A DNA stretch of 64,000 bases from Oopsacas minuta (taxonomy: Eukaryota; Animalia; Porifera), in contig JAKMXF010000343.1 in NCBI GenBank assembly GCA_024704765.1, positions 248,001-312,000 on the forward strand, in the 5' to 3' direction. Positions 1 through 9,607 of this stretch are shown here, one piece after another. Position numbers and translations under genes: made by a program. Positions within the stretch are counted from its first letter, which is position 1. The number at the start of each line of letters is the position of its first letter. Under the pieces are notes generated by a model. That model had not been told where the DNA came from. It was given only the letters and a program-made list of their open reading frames with translations, and searched no databases.

Positions 1-62
1 CAGGAGATAAGAATAACTTCTTATAAATTATATTTTCACATATTAGAAGATTTTAATTCTCA

Positions 63-1340
63 ATGCATAAACGTAATACCCGCAGAACCAAGAATACACC
101 CAGCACTAAATCTCCAAAAGCACTCAACATAATCTCTTCCATCAAAAACTACATAGGAATCGATGAGAATTTTCTTCTCCAAGATCTCATATATTCTCCC
201 TCTTTCTCATGGCTGACCTGTGCTATCCTACTGCCAATCGAGCTAATACTAAATATCCTAGTGATAAATCATGTGAAGTATACAGAAATAGATTGGGAAG
301 CTTATATGCACGAAGTAGAAGGTTTTATCAATGGCACATTGGATTATGCTAAGTTAAACGGTTCGACAGGTCCTTTAGTATACCCAGCTGGATTTGTTTA
401 TATATTTTCTGTGCTTTATAGTATCACAGATTGCGGACGTATTATACCTCTAGCACAGTATATTTTCGCCGGAATATACCTCGTAAACTTAGTTGTCATA
501 TTTCGCATTTACTTGAAAAGCACTGATCTTCCCCCGTACATGTATTTGCTGCTAAGTTGTACTGCTTATCGAATTCATTCAATTTACATTCTAAGGTTAT
601 TTAATGATACGATTGCAATGCTATTTCTTTACTCAGCTGTTTATGCATTCCTATCTAACAGATGGTTGTTAGGATGTGTAGTATATAGTTTAGGTGTGTC
701 TGTTAAGATGAATGTGTTACTTTTCGCGCCTGGATTATTGGTACTATTGCTGCAGTTCAATTCACCGATTCGTACGGTTTGTTACTTGTCCGTTTGTGCT
801 GTTACTCAGCTTATATTAGGTCTCCCTTTCTTACTGACATACCCTGTGAATTATATGAGCCGTGCTTTTCAGTTTAATCGAATATTCTTATACAAATGGA
901 CGGTTAATTGGAGGTTTTTACCTGAAGAAATTTTCCATGATAGATTATTCCATATCACTTTAATAACTGTTCTTATTGTAATTCTATCTGCTTTATATTA
1001 CTTCAAATGGAGTAAACCAATATACTCCCCTCTTATTTGTTTTAAAAGAATCTCACAGAAAGGAGAATTCTCTAAAAGTGTGAATTGTCACATTTTGTTT
1101 GTTCTATTTACTTCAAACTTTTGTGGAATAGCATTTTCAAGGACTTTACATTTCCAATTTTATGTTTGGTATTTCCATACATTACATTTTCTGGTTTGGA
1201 AGAGACGCTGTCCTGTCGCGTTAGCAGTATGTCTTTTGGGATTAATAGAACTTTCTTACAAGATATTCCCTTCTACCTATTGGAGTTCTGCTATTTTACA
1301 GTTATCTCATGTTATTATATTGGTGATGCAGTTTTTCTAA
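63..1340 (+). CDS. ALG3: Dol-P-Man:Man5GlcNAc2-PP-Dol alpha-1,3-mannosyltransferase, intronless
   Basis: 425-aa multi-TM ORF with ALG3 motifs VKYTEIDWEAYM, GSTGPLVYPAGFVY, RIHSIYILRLFND, SVKMNVLLFAPG, SRTLHFQFYVWYFH. Confidence 0.96.
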   Translation: MHKRNTRRTKNTPSTKSPKALNIISSIKNYIGIDENFLLQDLIYSPSFSWLTCAILLPIELILNILVINHVKYTEIDWEAYMHEVEGFINGTLDYAKLNGSTGPLVYPAGFVYIFSVLYSITDCGRIIPLAQYIFAGIYLVNLVVIFRIYLKSTDLPPYMYLLLSCTAYRIHSIYILRLFNDTIAMLFLYSAVYAFLSNRWLLGCVVYSLGVSVKMNVLLFAPGLLVLLLQFNSPIRTVCYLSVCAVTQLILGLPFLLTYPVNYMSRAFQFNRIFLYKWTVNWRFLPEEIFHDRLFHITLITVLIVILSALYYFKWSKPIYSPLICFKRISQKGEFSKSVNCHILFVLFTSNFCGIAFSRTLHFQFYVWYFHTLHFLVWKRRCPVALAVCLLGLIELSYKIFPSTYWSSAILQLSHVIILVMQFF

Positions 1341-1690
1341 TTGTATTATTTGTGTCAATAGCTTTTGATTATAATTGTTGAGGTTTCAATAGTATACGAA
1401 TTTGCAATTCCTTCAATTACTCAAAAGTTAATGCTATTTTCATGCCATTTTCATAACAAGCTCATGTCATATGTAAACAGTACAAAAGTATATGAACTTT
1501 CTACACGATTTGCAATACTGCTTAGGACCCTCGTTGGTAAAGTTACGAGAAATATCCTATCATTTACAAAGGACAACTGCCCTGCAGCAGTGTGTCTGTT
1601 ATTCGGAAGTTCCGCTATACTTACATGTCCTTCGTTCCTATCATGCACGTATTACTTACATATAAATTCTAATACAATATAGCCTTTATT

Positions 1691-4600
1691 ATGGCAACAG
1701 AATCTACATCAGAAGCTAACGATGATAGTCTTATTATAGTCCATGTATACGGCCTACCTGATGAGAAAACTGATGGTTTCAAAATTAAAACTGAAGCAGA
1801 ACCTATAAATACTAATACCATGAAAGATACCGTGGGTAAGCCTATAGCTCCGAGTGATTTTTTGAAGCAATTTCATCCGTTTGGAGAGGAGAATAAATCA
1901 CTGAATACTCCAAAATTTAGCTCCAGGGATATTACAACAGACTCAATGGCTTCTAAACCAAGAGCTCCATATTTTCATACACCACGTCCTCACTTGTCTA
2001 TGCGACCACCGGTTGTTATACAAACACATAATAATATAAATTCTCCATTAGCTCGCCCTATTCCACCTCAGAATAATATAAGAGTGCTACATCAACCAAA
2101 CGTTTGTCAACCAAATTTTCAAACAACTCATCGCCAGCAACAACCCCCTATACATCAAGTGACAAGGAATGTGGACCAGGGACGAGCCCCATCTCGTACA
2201 CCGTTAGCCCCTCATGAGCTTATAAAAGGGAGAAAGGACCAACCCAGACCAAGTTTCCCAAAAAGTCATCAACTGATACCTCCTGTGGTTGTTCAACAAC
2301 AAAGTAACGAATCTTCGCATCCAATGGAGCACTCTTCAACTTGGAACCGTGGGCCGTTACCCCCTCATGAGTTCTTAAGATCCACAGGGCAAATCAAGCA
2401 TAATCCCCGGCCAAACTTCCAAAGATCTCATAAAACAATAGATAGCACTTCGCTAATACATACATCTAGCTATACTCCCCCAATTGATAGGGGTATGTCA
2501 CGTGTACCATTAGCTCCTCATCAGCTTATCAATAAGACAGGGTTATCTACTAGATTCACTTCTAATAATGCACACATCCAATTCCCAACACCGCCTGTCC
2601 ATCGATCAGCTGATCACGAGCACTCACGCAGTCGTTCATATACAGAAACACATCAAATTAGTAGAGAGGTTAGGCCGACAGCTAGACAACATGCACGAAC
2701 AGTTCCTTTAGCGCCACACGAAATATTGCAAGCTCCTACTTCCTCACAACAAACTCCATCTCAAATCCTTCCAAAGAATAGTATAAGACAACAAATTATT
2801 GACTACTTAAGAAGCGAAAGTATAGCGCAGACAGCTCTCAAAATTTCTAAAGACATAAACCAGCAGAAATTGGAAGTTCAGGTTATTCTTGACTCTCTAA
2901 CTCAGCAGTCTATTGTATTTATAGCAAATACTACACGACCATCCACATACTCAATTAACAGCTCTTCCCCCGTATCTCCATACACTCAACAAAAACGGCC
3001 TCTATCACTAACAGAATCTAATTTAGTATCAAACAATTCTAAGCGTATTGATACTACTGCGAAAGATTTCAATATGGACCCTGTTAGCCTATTAGCACAT
3101 TTATGTAGTAGAGACAGAATACCTCTTATCTATCAAGTAGTAGATAGCCAACAGAAGGGAAGTAAAGTAGAGTTCGTTATGGAAGTTCATGTAGGAGATA
3201 AGAAGTACACCGCTAGTGGTAGTAATAAGAAAAATGCTAAAAAGGATGTTTCTGATATTGCTCTTAAAGATATGCTAGTGCATGGTAAGTAGTAGTACAG
3301 TCAAATCCCGTAATGTCAAACACGGATATATCAAAATACCTGCTTATACCGAAGTAATTATCGCGATCCCTTGAGCGTCGATATAACAGGAGTTGACTAT
3401 ATGTATGTTACTTTGACGGTTTGGGACCATACGTATTGGTATAATGTAAGACCTCGATATATCCGAGTTCAATTTGACTGTATTTCTAATTTAGGACATA
3501 CTAATGTTGATCTGAAGATGATATCATATGTTGGACAGGTCCATCTAGCTAACTTCCATTCAGAGATAGCAGCGAGATCTCAGGAGTTCTTCCTGTATCT
3601 TATATCACATGTACCTGAAGCACAAACAGGACGAAAGGTGATTTAACAATTCTAGAAATATGTCAGTGGAATCTCGTTAATACGAACACCAACAGACCTC
3701 AATTGTTCGCTTTATCCCCAATTCGTGTTAACAGTGTTAGTATTAACGAAGTTTCACTGTATTCATTTTCGAGACTTTTTATCATGATCTTCATACTTGC
3801 CAACCTGAGTGAGAAAAGAGCGGACGGAAGGTGTAAATTTAGCGGTAGGACATCGCGGGACGTAGTATATTTGTGTTAGACTGGACTACAAAATCGGGAC
3901 AATTGAGGTTCTTGGTAAGTTCTGGCTGGAGATTACCCTCATTGCTCTCAACGGATGTCCGAAAGAGCGGGACAGTTGGCAAGTATATGATCTTGTGAAT
4001 GTGCTGTAAATATTATATAACTGTGTTTAGGTATTTGCTTGTATTTTCCTTGAGACCCCAGACAATCAATTCCAGATAGTTTCAGTTGGTTCTGGGACCC
4101 GTTGCTGTGCAGGATCTGTTATAAGCTGTAGTGGTGACGTCATTCACGATACACACGCTGAAATAATGGCTAGAAGAGCTCTAATACGTTACTTAATGCA
4201 TAATCTTAAAGGCTATTATAATCAGGAATCATCTGGAGATATGTTTGAGGAGGGAGACTATTCTTTGAGCATTAGAGATGGATTTAAATTCCATTTATAT
4301 ATATCACATGCTCCTTGTGGTGATAGTGCTATATTCGTTAGGTAGGCATTTAATAATAGAGCAGTACAGTCGAATCCTATTAAGCGGGTTCTCTTGTATA
4401 TTATCTCATAAATACCTTCTAGGAGTGATTTAGAAAATACAGAATGCCATCCTGACGGCTCCCACAATCCCACCCGTACCAACAAGAACCAAGGACTACT
4501 TCGTACCAAGATAGAGGAAGGAGAAGGTACTCTCCCTTGTGACGACATTCCACAGACCGTAGATGGGATCCTAAGAGGATCTCGTGTTAGAGTTATGTCA

Positions 4601-5182
4601 TGTTCTGATAAAGTGGGTCGATGGAATGTGGTTGGATTACAAGGTGCTTTGCTAAGCAATTTCATAGAACCTGTGTATCTTAGTAGTATAACGCTAGGTA
4701 CACTGTATCATCATGGACATTTGTCTAGGGCAGTTTGTTGTAGATTTCAACACCCTGATCTTGTGGACCACTTGCACCCACCCTTTAGAGTGGTGCACCC
4801 TCTGCTTGGTACTGTTCCGGGTAATGAGGAGATCAAGCGACACGTTGGGAAGGCTTCCACCGGAAGTTTGAATTGGACACCATTCGATGAGAACCCAGAA
4901 TTCCTTGATGGAGGTACGGGTCGACCTACATCAAAATTTATCCTGAAATTAGACCAATTGAATTCTAAATCACGATTATCAAAAGTATCATTCCTAAAAG
5001 AATTCCGTGAGCTATGTTACTTATCAGGACATGATTATTTACTAGATCTTAATTACAGAGCTTGTAAGGATGAAGCTAGGAGCTACCAGCAAACGAAACA
5101 AAGTCTATTACATTTCTGCAAAAAGGTAGAGTTTGGAGTATGGACTAGCATGCCTCGGGAGGTTGACGAGTTTACTGTGTGA
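1691..5182 (+). CDS. ADAR: dsRNA adenosine deaminase, ADAR1-like; exons about 1691-3284, 3495-3637, 4031-4341, 4423-5182
   Basis: GT-AG joins give one frame: Z-domain-like winged helix (IRQQIIDYL...TALKISKDI), one dsRBD (DPVSLLAHLC...GSNKKNAKKDVS), deaminase with FHSEIAARS, HDTHAEIMARR, SHAPCGD, LRTKIEEGEG and MSCSDK. Confidence 0.93.
3298..3480. mobile_element. MITE family A (TA-flanked, pogo/Tigger-like ends) in ADAR intron 1
   Basis: TA|CAGTCAAAT...ATTTGACTG|TA; internal CGGATATATC/GATATATCCG inverted pair; related copies elsewhere in window. Confidence 0.8.
3664..3759. mobile_element. MITE family B in ADAR intron 2
   Basis: TIRs CAGTGGAATCTCGTTAATAC / GTATTAACGAAGTTTCACTG followed by TA. 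Confidence 0.8.
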
Positions 5183-6475
5183 TAGTAAAACGAGCGGTGA
5201 GACGTTCGATTTACTATCACGTCTTAGTTATTAGAATTAACAAATCATGGATACAACTTCGGTATAATGGAATGTGGTATCTAGGAAATACCTCTAATCC
5301 GGATGTATTTTCTAGATATACATATTCTACTTCTCTTTCTCCGATTGGAATTATATCCATGGTTTACTAATACTAATATCTCAACCTCCATAATCTCAGA
5401 TATTTGCATCAGTTATACCCATTTCATTTTGACTTTCTTACTGTTTGTTTTACTCTCACAAACTAGCACATTCATTCGCTTATCCCTCAAGTTATCGAGG
5501 GCTAGTTTACTACAGTTTGCTTCATCAGTTTGTTTCTTAAACCCTTTATCTAACTCTTGTTTATTTGAGTTTGCTGTCAGCTATATTATTACGTCAATCA
5601 TGAAGATTGTACCCCAACAGTATATTCTTGAATTCTGCTCCATTAACAACAATTTGATTTGAGGTAATCTTATTACTTTCTATTTAGTCATAGAATATTG
5701 TAGGAATTTCCAATGGAAATACTAATTGAAAGTACATTATACCTCAAGTGGACTAAACTCTAATTTAATTGCAATTTCGACTACATTCCTTATCACCTAT
5801 ATGTTACTAAGGTAATCACATGAGATGGTGCAATATAATTTATCATGTGGCTGTCTCTTTGAGTTTATCAGGCGGTTAAATTCATGTTTTGTCCAACACG
5901 ATTTATCAATTTATACTTTAGAACTTCCAATGTTATACGTATGTTACGAATCGCTACTTATTTTATACAAAAGTGTGACATGAGAATTCTCAGCATGGAT
6001 GTATTCAATTTGAGTTGGCGAAACAACATTTTTGTCTCCCAACTCATTCAAATTTATTTCACCAAGTCATTCATCTTGCCATTACCAACTTATTCAAGAT
6101 TTGATACAGCTACAAGGTTGTCTACTCAATGTTTTACTGACTTTAACAATGTTTAATGAGGTCAAATAAGGCAAAATGAATACTGGTACGAACATTATAG
6201 TATGCAGTCATGATATACACATGTCCATATAAACTTGCCCAATTAATTAAATAACGAACTTCAGTGAAATTCGCATACCGTCTGCAATGGACAAACTCTA
6301 GCAGGCTTCAATACATGAATTACTCTTGTGTCACCAACTTATAGGAACTTGTATGGCTGAAAGTGCTCTCCATTCAAAATCTATTATGCTATAGATTATG
6401 CTAGTACAAATTATACCAATAGCTAACAAGTATAAATACAGTATAATTATTTTGTAAGAGTATAGTAGTGTATCC

Positions 6476-9145
6476 ATGGAAACCAAACCGGAGAAAAGGA
6501 TTTTCACTTATATGTCTGATCTTGGACCAGAAAGATTAACAAGATTAGCAGAGACACTTGATGTCATTCAGCCTGAAGAACACAATTGGAGAAGATTAGT
6601 GAAATATCTCAGAGAATTCCATTTCGAGTATAGAGACTATGAAATAGAGAATTTCGCGAAAGAAATCGCATGTCTGAACGGCAGCCCATCGTCCGCGCTT
6701 CTTAACGACATGATTGAACGTCGTGTCCCTCTCTCAGTTTTCAGAGAAATTTTGAAATTAATGAAACACTTACCTGCTCTGGAAATGCTGGGCGTACGAG
6801 AGAAACCTAGTATTACATTAGAACCACAGAGAATACATCAAAAAGTGGAGGGTGACCATTTAAGCATTGAATTTAAAGCATACGGTATTCCTAGACCAAA
6901 TTATCAATGGTATAAACGTAATGAGAATGAATGGCGAATGATAACTGAACGCCAGAAACGGACAGAGTTACTTTTTGAAAGATTAACTATACATGATAAT
7001 GGAGAGTATAGATGCTTAGCAATTAACGAGAAGGGGGAGGAATACACGAAAACGGTTACAATTCATGTGCAAAGCAACAGTTCTACAACTTATCTAAAGC
7101 CTAAACTGCCGTCTGAGATTTCCGTTTATGAGCATGAACCATTGAGAATTGACGTAACCCTAGATGCCCCGAATTGTGTGTGGAATTATATTTGGTATAG
7201 AAGTCCTAAACATGCGATGAATGCTCGTTCTAATACAGCTCACCAACTCCCAAACCAAATCACCCCTAGCCTGTACATACCGACTACTACAATTAATGAT
7301 GCTGGATGTTACTACTGCTGTATATTCAACTCTGTTCATCAACTCTATTCAGATGCTTGTTTGGTTACAGTTGTACAACTTAGCTATTCTCTTCCCTCTT
7401 CACCGCCTTACGTCACTCCTGCTGTCCATTTAGCCAAAAATGACTCGTCTAGTATTGGCCTAGGATACCCTGATTTGTCATATAAACGGAGACCACCTGG
7501 AGCCAGTAACAGTAACATTTCCAACCCTCCTTCTTATAGGGATGATTGGGATTCCCAGCCTGATTTAGGGTCTCGTACTTGCTCAGACTCCTCGACAAGA
7601 CCTGGGGGTAACCATCGAACCAAATCTCCGACTATATTCGATATCGATACCGACTTGAATATTCAAATTGACTGTAACGGCGATTCTATCTTGAAAGAGG
7701 CGCCATTAGATGTAACTCTACATTTAAAACATTTTCAAGCTGAGCACGATCTAGGTGCTACTTACCAATGGTATTTCATCCCCCTGGATAACCCAGGAGC
7801 AGCTCCTAGACTCAAAGAAAATTGGAAAGAGCGTGAGTGCACATTTAAAGTCTTAACAAAAGATTTCTATGGCTCATATATCTGTGTACAATTACTGAGT
7901 GATAATACTAAGAGAGTATCTTTGAGAACGAAGGTTTGTCCACCGGGAACTGATAAGTGTAGAGATAAGGTAGCATTGCTTATTGGTAATCAAAAGTATC
8001 GTGAACAAGTTTTCACGCTTCATCTCCCTGAGTCTGATACGCGTGATCTAGCAGGTAGATTACGATCACTCGGTTTTCGTGTGGTAACGCTAGTTAACCT
8101 TAACAGCAAGGACATGCGTATCGCCATTAAGCACTACGTTAAGCTGCTTAACACTGGCGTATATGCACTATTCTATTACGGAGGTCATGGCTTTGAGAAG
8201 GACGGTGAGAACTATCTTATGGGGGTAGAGTCGTCACGTGAATATAAGATAGAACATTGTATAGAAGCTAAATGGATTCGTGAACAGATGGCGTCACGTA
8301 ACGCAAGGCTTAACATGATGATATTAGATATGTGCAGAACTAAAGTGGTGAATACTTCAGCTTCATCGCCTCTACCTTTACGTATGCATCATCCTGAATT
8401 AGATAATGCTCCGCATATTATAGCATATTCATGTTCACCGTCCTGTCAGGCGTTTGAACGACCAGCTGATGAGAATTCTATATATATGACTGAGCTATTG
8501 AAATGTATAGGAGAACCGTACCGTGTTGAGAATTTGTTAGTTGAAGTTAGCACGCGTGTTTGTGAAGTTGGGAAGGAAACAGGAGTCCCGGAGTTTAGCT
8601 GGATGCATCCGTTCTTTAAAACGAACTTAACAGAAGCATTCTCCCTACATGATCCCATAGACACAGACAATCGGTATAAAGAGGACTACGAATTGATAGC
8701 TCAGAGATGGCAAGAAGTACACAAATGTCCTCCTAAGCAGGTTATACAATCAGATGATGGGATACTTGTATTACGACTACATTTTGATGCTGAACACTCT
8801 AATGTACTGTTAATTGGCATTGAGAATATGGTGGGATCTTTATCACGTACTGAGATTGTATCACTACAACTAGAAGTTTATCATGATTATCCTTCAGCCG
8901 TTCAGCTGTATAGCGTAACTTGTGAAAATCTCGACGAATTCACCTGCCAAGGTGCACTACTCCCCGAGGTCAATAATCCACTAGCTCGCTATCGAATACC
9001 AGATCTACAGCTATTCCAATGGGGGATGAAATTTGTATTTACAGTCGTCTACCAAAACGATGGATCTACAATTCAAAAACATATCAAATTTGTACCCAAT
9101 CCTTCACCTCTCTATGCTAAGCTAATACACAGACAAGACACCTAA
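6476..9145 (+). CDS. MALT1: MALT1-like paracaspase (death domain, Ig domains, caspase-like protease, C-terminal Ig-like), intronless
   Basis: 889 aa; DD (RLAETLD...WRRLV), Ig motifs (PNYQWYK, DNGEYRC, DAGCYYC), KVALLIGNQKY, catalytic dyad motifs YYGGHGFE and ILDMCR. Confidence 0.9.
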   Translation: METKPEKRIFTYMSDLGPERLTRLAETLDVIQPEEHNWRRLVKYLREFHFEYRDYEIENFAKEIACLNGSPSSALLNDMIERRVPLSVFREILKLMKHLPALEMLGVREKPSITLEPQRIHQKVEGDHLSIEFKAYGIPRPNYQWYKRNENEWRMITERQKRTELLFERLTIHDNGEYRCLAINEKGEEYTKTVTIHVQSNSSTTYLKPKLPSEISVYEHEPLRIDVTLDAPNCVWNYIWYRSPKHAMNARSNTAHQLPNQITPSLYIPTTTINDAGCYYCCIFNSVHQLYSDACLVTVVQLSYSLPSSPPYVTPAVHLAKNDSSSIGLGYPDLSYKRRPPGASNSNISNPPSYRDDWDSQPDLGSRTCSDSSTRPGGNHRTKSPTIFDIDTDLNIQIDCNGDSILKEAPLDVTLHLKHFQAEHDLGATYQWYFIPLDNPGAAPRLKENWKERECTFKVLTKDFYGSYICVQLLSDNTKRVSLRTKVCPPGTDKCRDKVALLIGNQKYREQVFTLHLPESDTRDLAGRLRSLGFRVVTLVNLNSKDMRIAIKHYVKLLNTGVYALFYYGGHGFEKDGENYLMGVESSREYKIEHCIEAKWIREQMASRNARLNMMILDMCRTKVVNTSASSPLPLRMHHPELDNAPHIIAYSCSPSCQAFERPADENSIYMTELLKCIGEPYRVENLLVEVSTRVCEVGKETGVPEFSWMHPFFKTNLTEAFSLHDPIDTDNRYKEDYELIAQRWQEVHKCPPKQVIQSDDGILVLRLHFDAEHSNVLLIGIENMVGSLSRTEIVSLQLEVYHDYPSAVQLYSVTCENLDEFTCQGALLPEVNNPLARYRIPDLQLFQWGMKFVFTVVYQNDGSTIQKHIKFVPNPSPLYAKLIHRQDT

Positions 9146-9380
9146 TGATTGTGTATTCAATGATTTCTCTGTCTACCTGCACTCTGGGACTCAAAAGTAC
9201 AACAAAGAATTAATTATTTTATGTTTGTGTCCATTGAATAATTTGTATAATTTGTATTCAATCCCTAAACTAACAACTTGAATAATATTTATTTGTTGAA
9301 CTAACAAGTCAGTTTGTGGACGGATTTGGGTATACATTATTTATTTTTAGTGGCGAAAATATACCTATAAAGTCCTAATT

Positions 9381-9495
9381 CAGCGGTTCCCAACCTGGGG
9401 TCCACACATGACAGCAGGGCATCCACAAGATCTCAAAATTTTGTATTGCATTCCATTGTGAAGGGTCCACGAGTGAAACAGGTTGGGAACCTCTG
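9381..9495. mobile_element. hAT/Charlie-like MITE (family E)
   Basis: TIRs CAGCGGTTCCCAACCT / AGGTTGGGAACCTCTG; flanks tcctaatt and ttctagtt resemble a decayed 8-bp TSD (6/8 match); further fragments near 11126-11164 and 17050-17230. Confidence 0.75.
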
Positions 9496-9607
9496 TTCTA
9501 GTTTTCTACCACGTCCTTTGGGATCAAGAATATATATTATTTTAAGCTAATCCCATGACGTCATGTAATTTAATTAACGCTCTTATCTACTTAGAATTCG
9601 TCTTTCT

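Noticed and set aside
1085-1682. ORFs 1085-1381, 1365-1682 and 1451-1648
   Set aside because: Overlap ALG3 or fill the short ALG3-ADAR spacer; no recognisable motifs.
4258-4665. 135-aa minus-strand ORF
   Set aside because: Antisense shadow of ADAR deaminase exons.
5303-6156. Plus-strand ORFs of 119 aa and 90 aa
   Set aside because: Low-information F/L/S-rich translations typical of AT-rich non-coding or antisense DNA.
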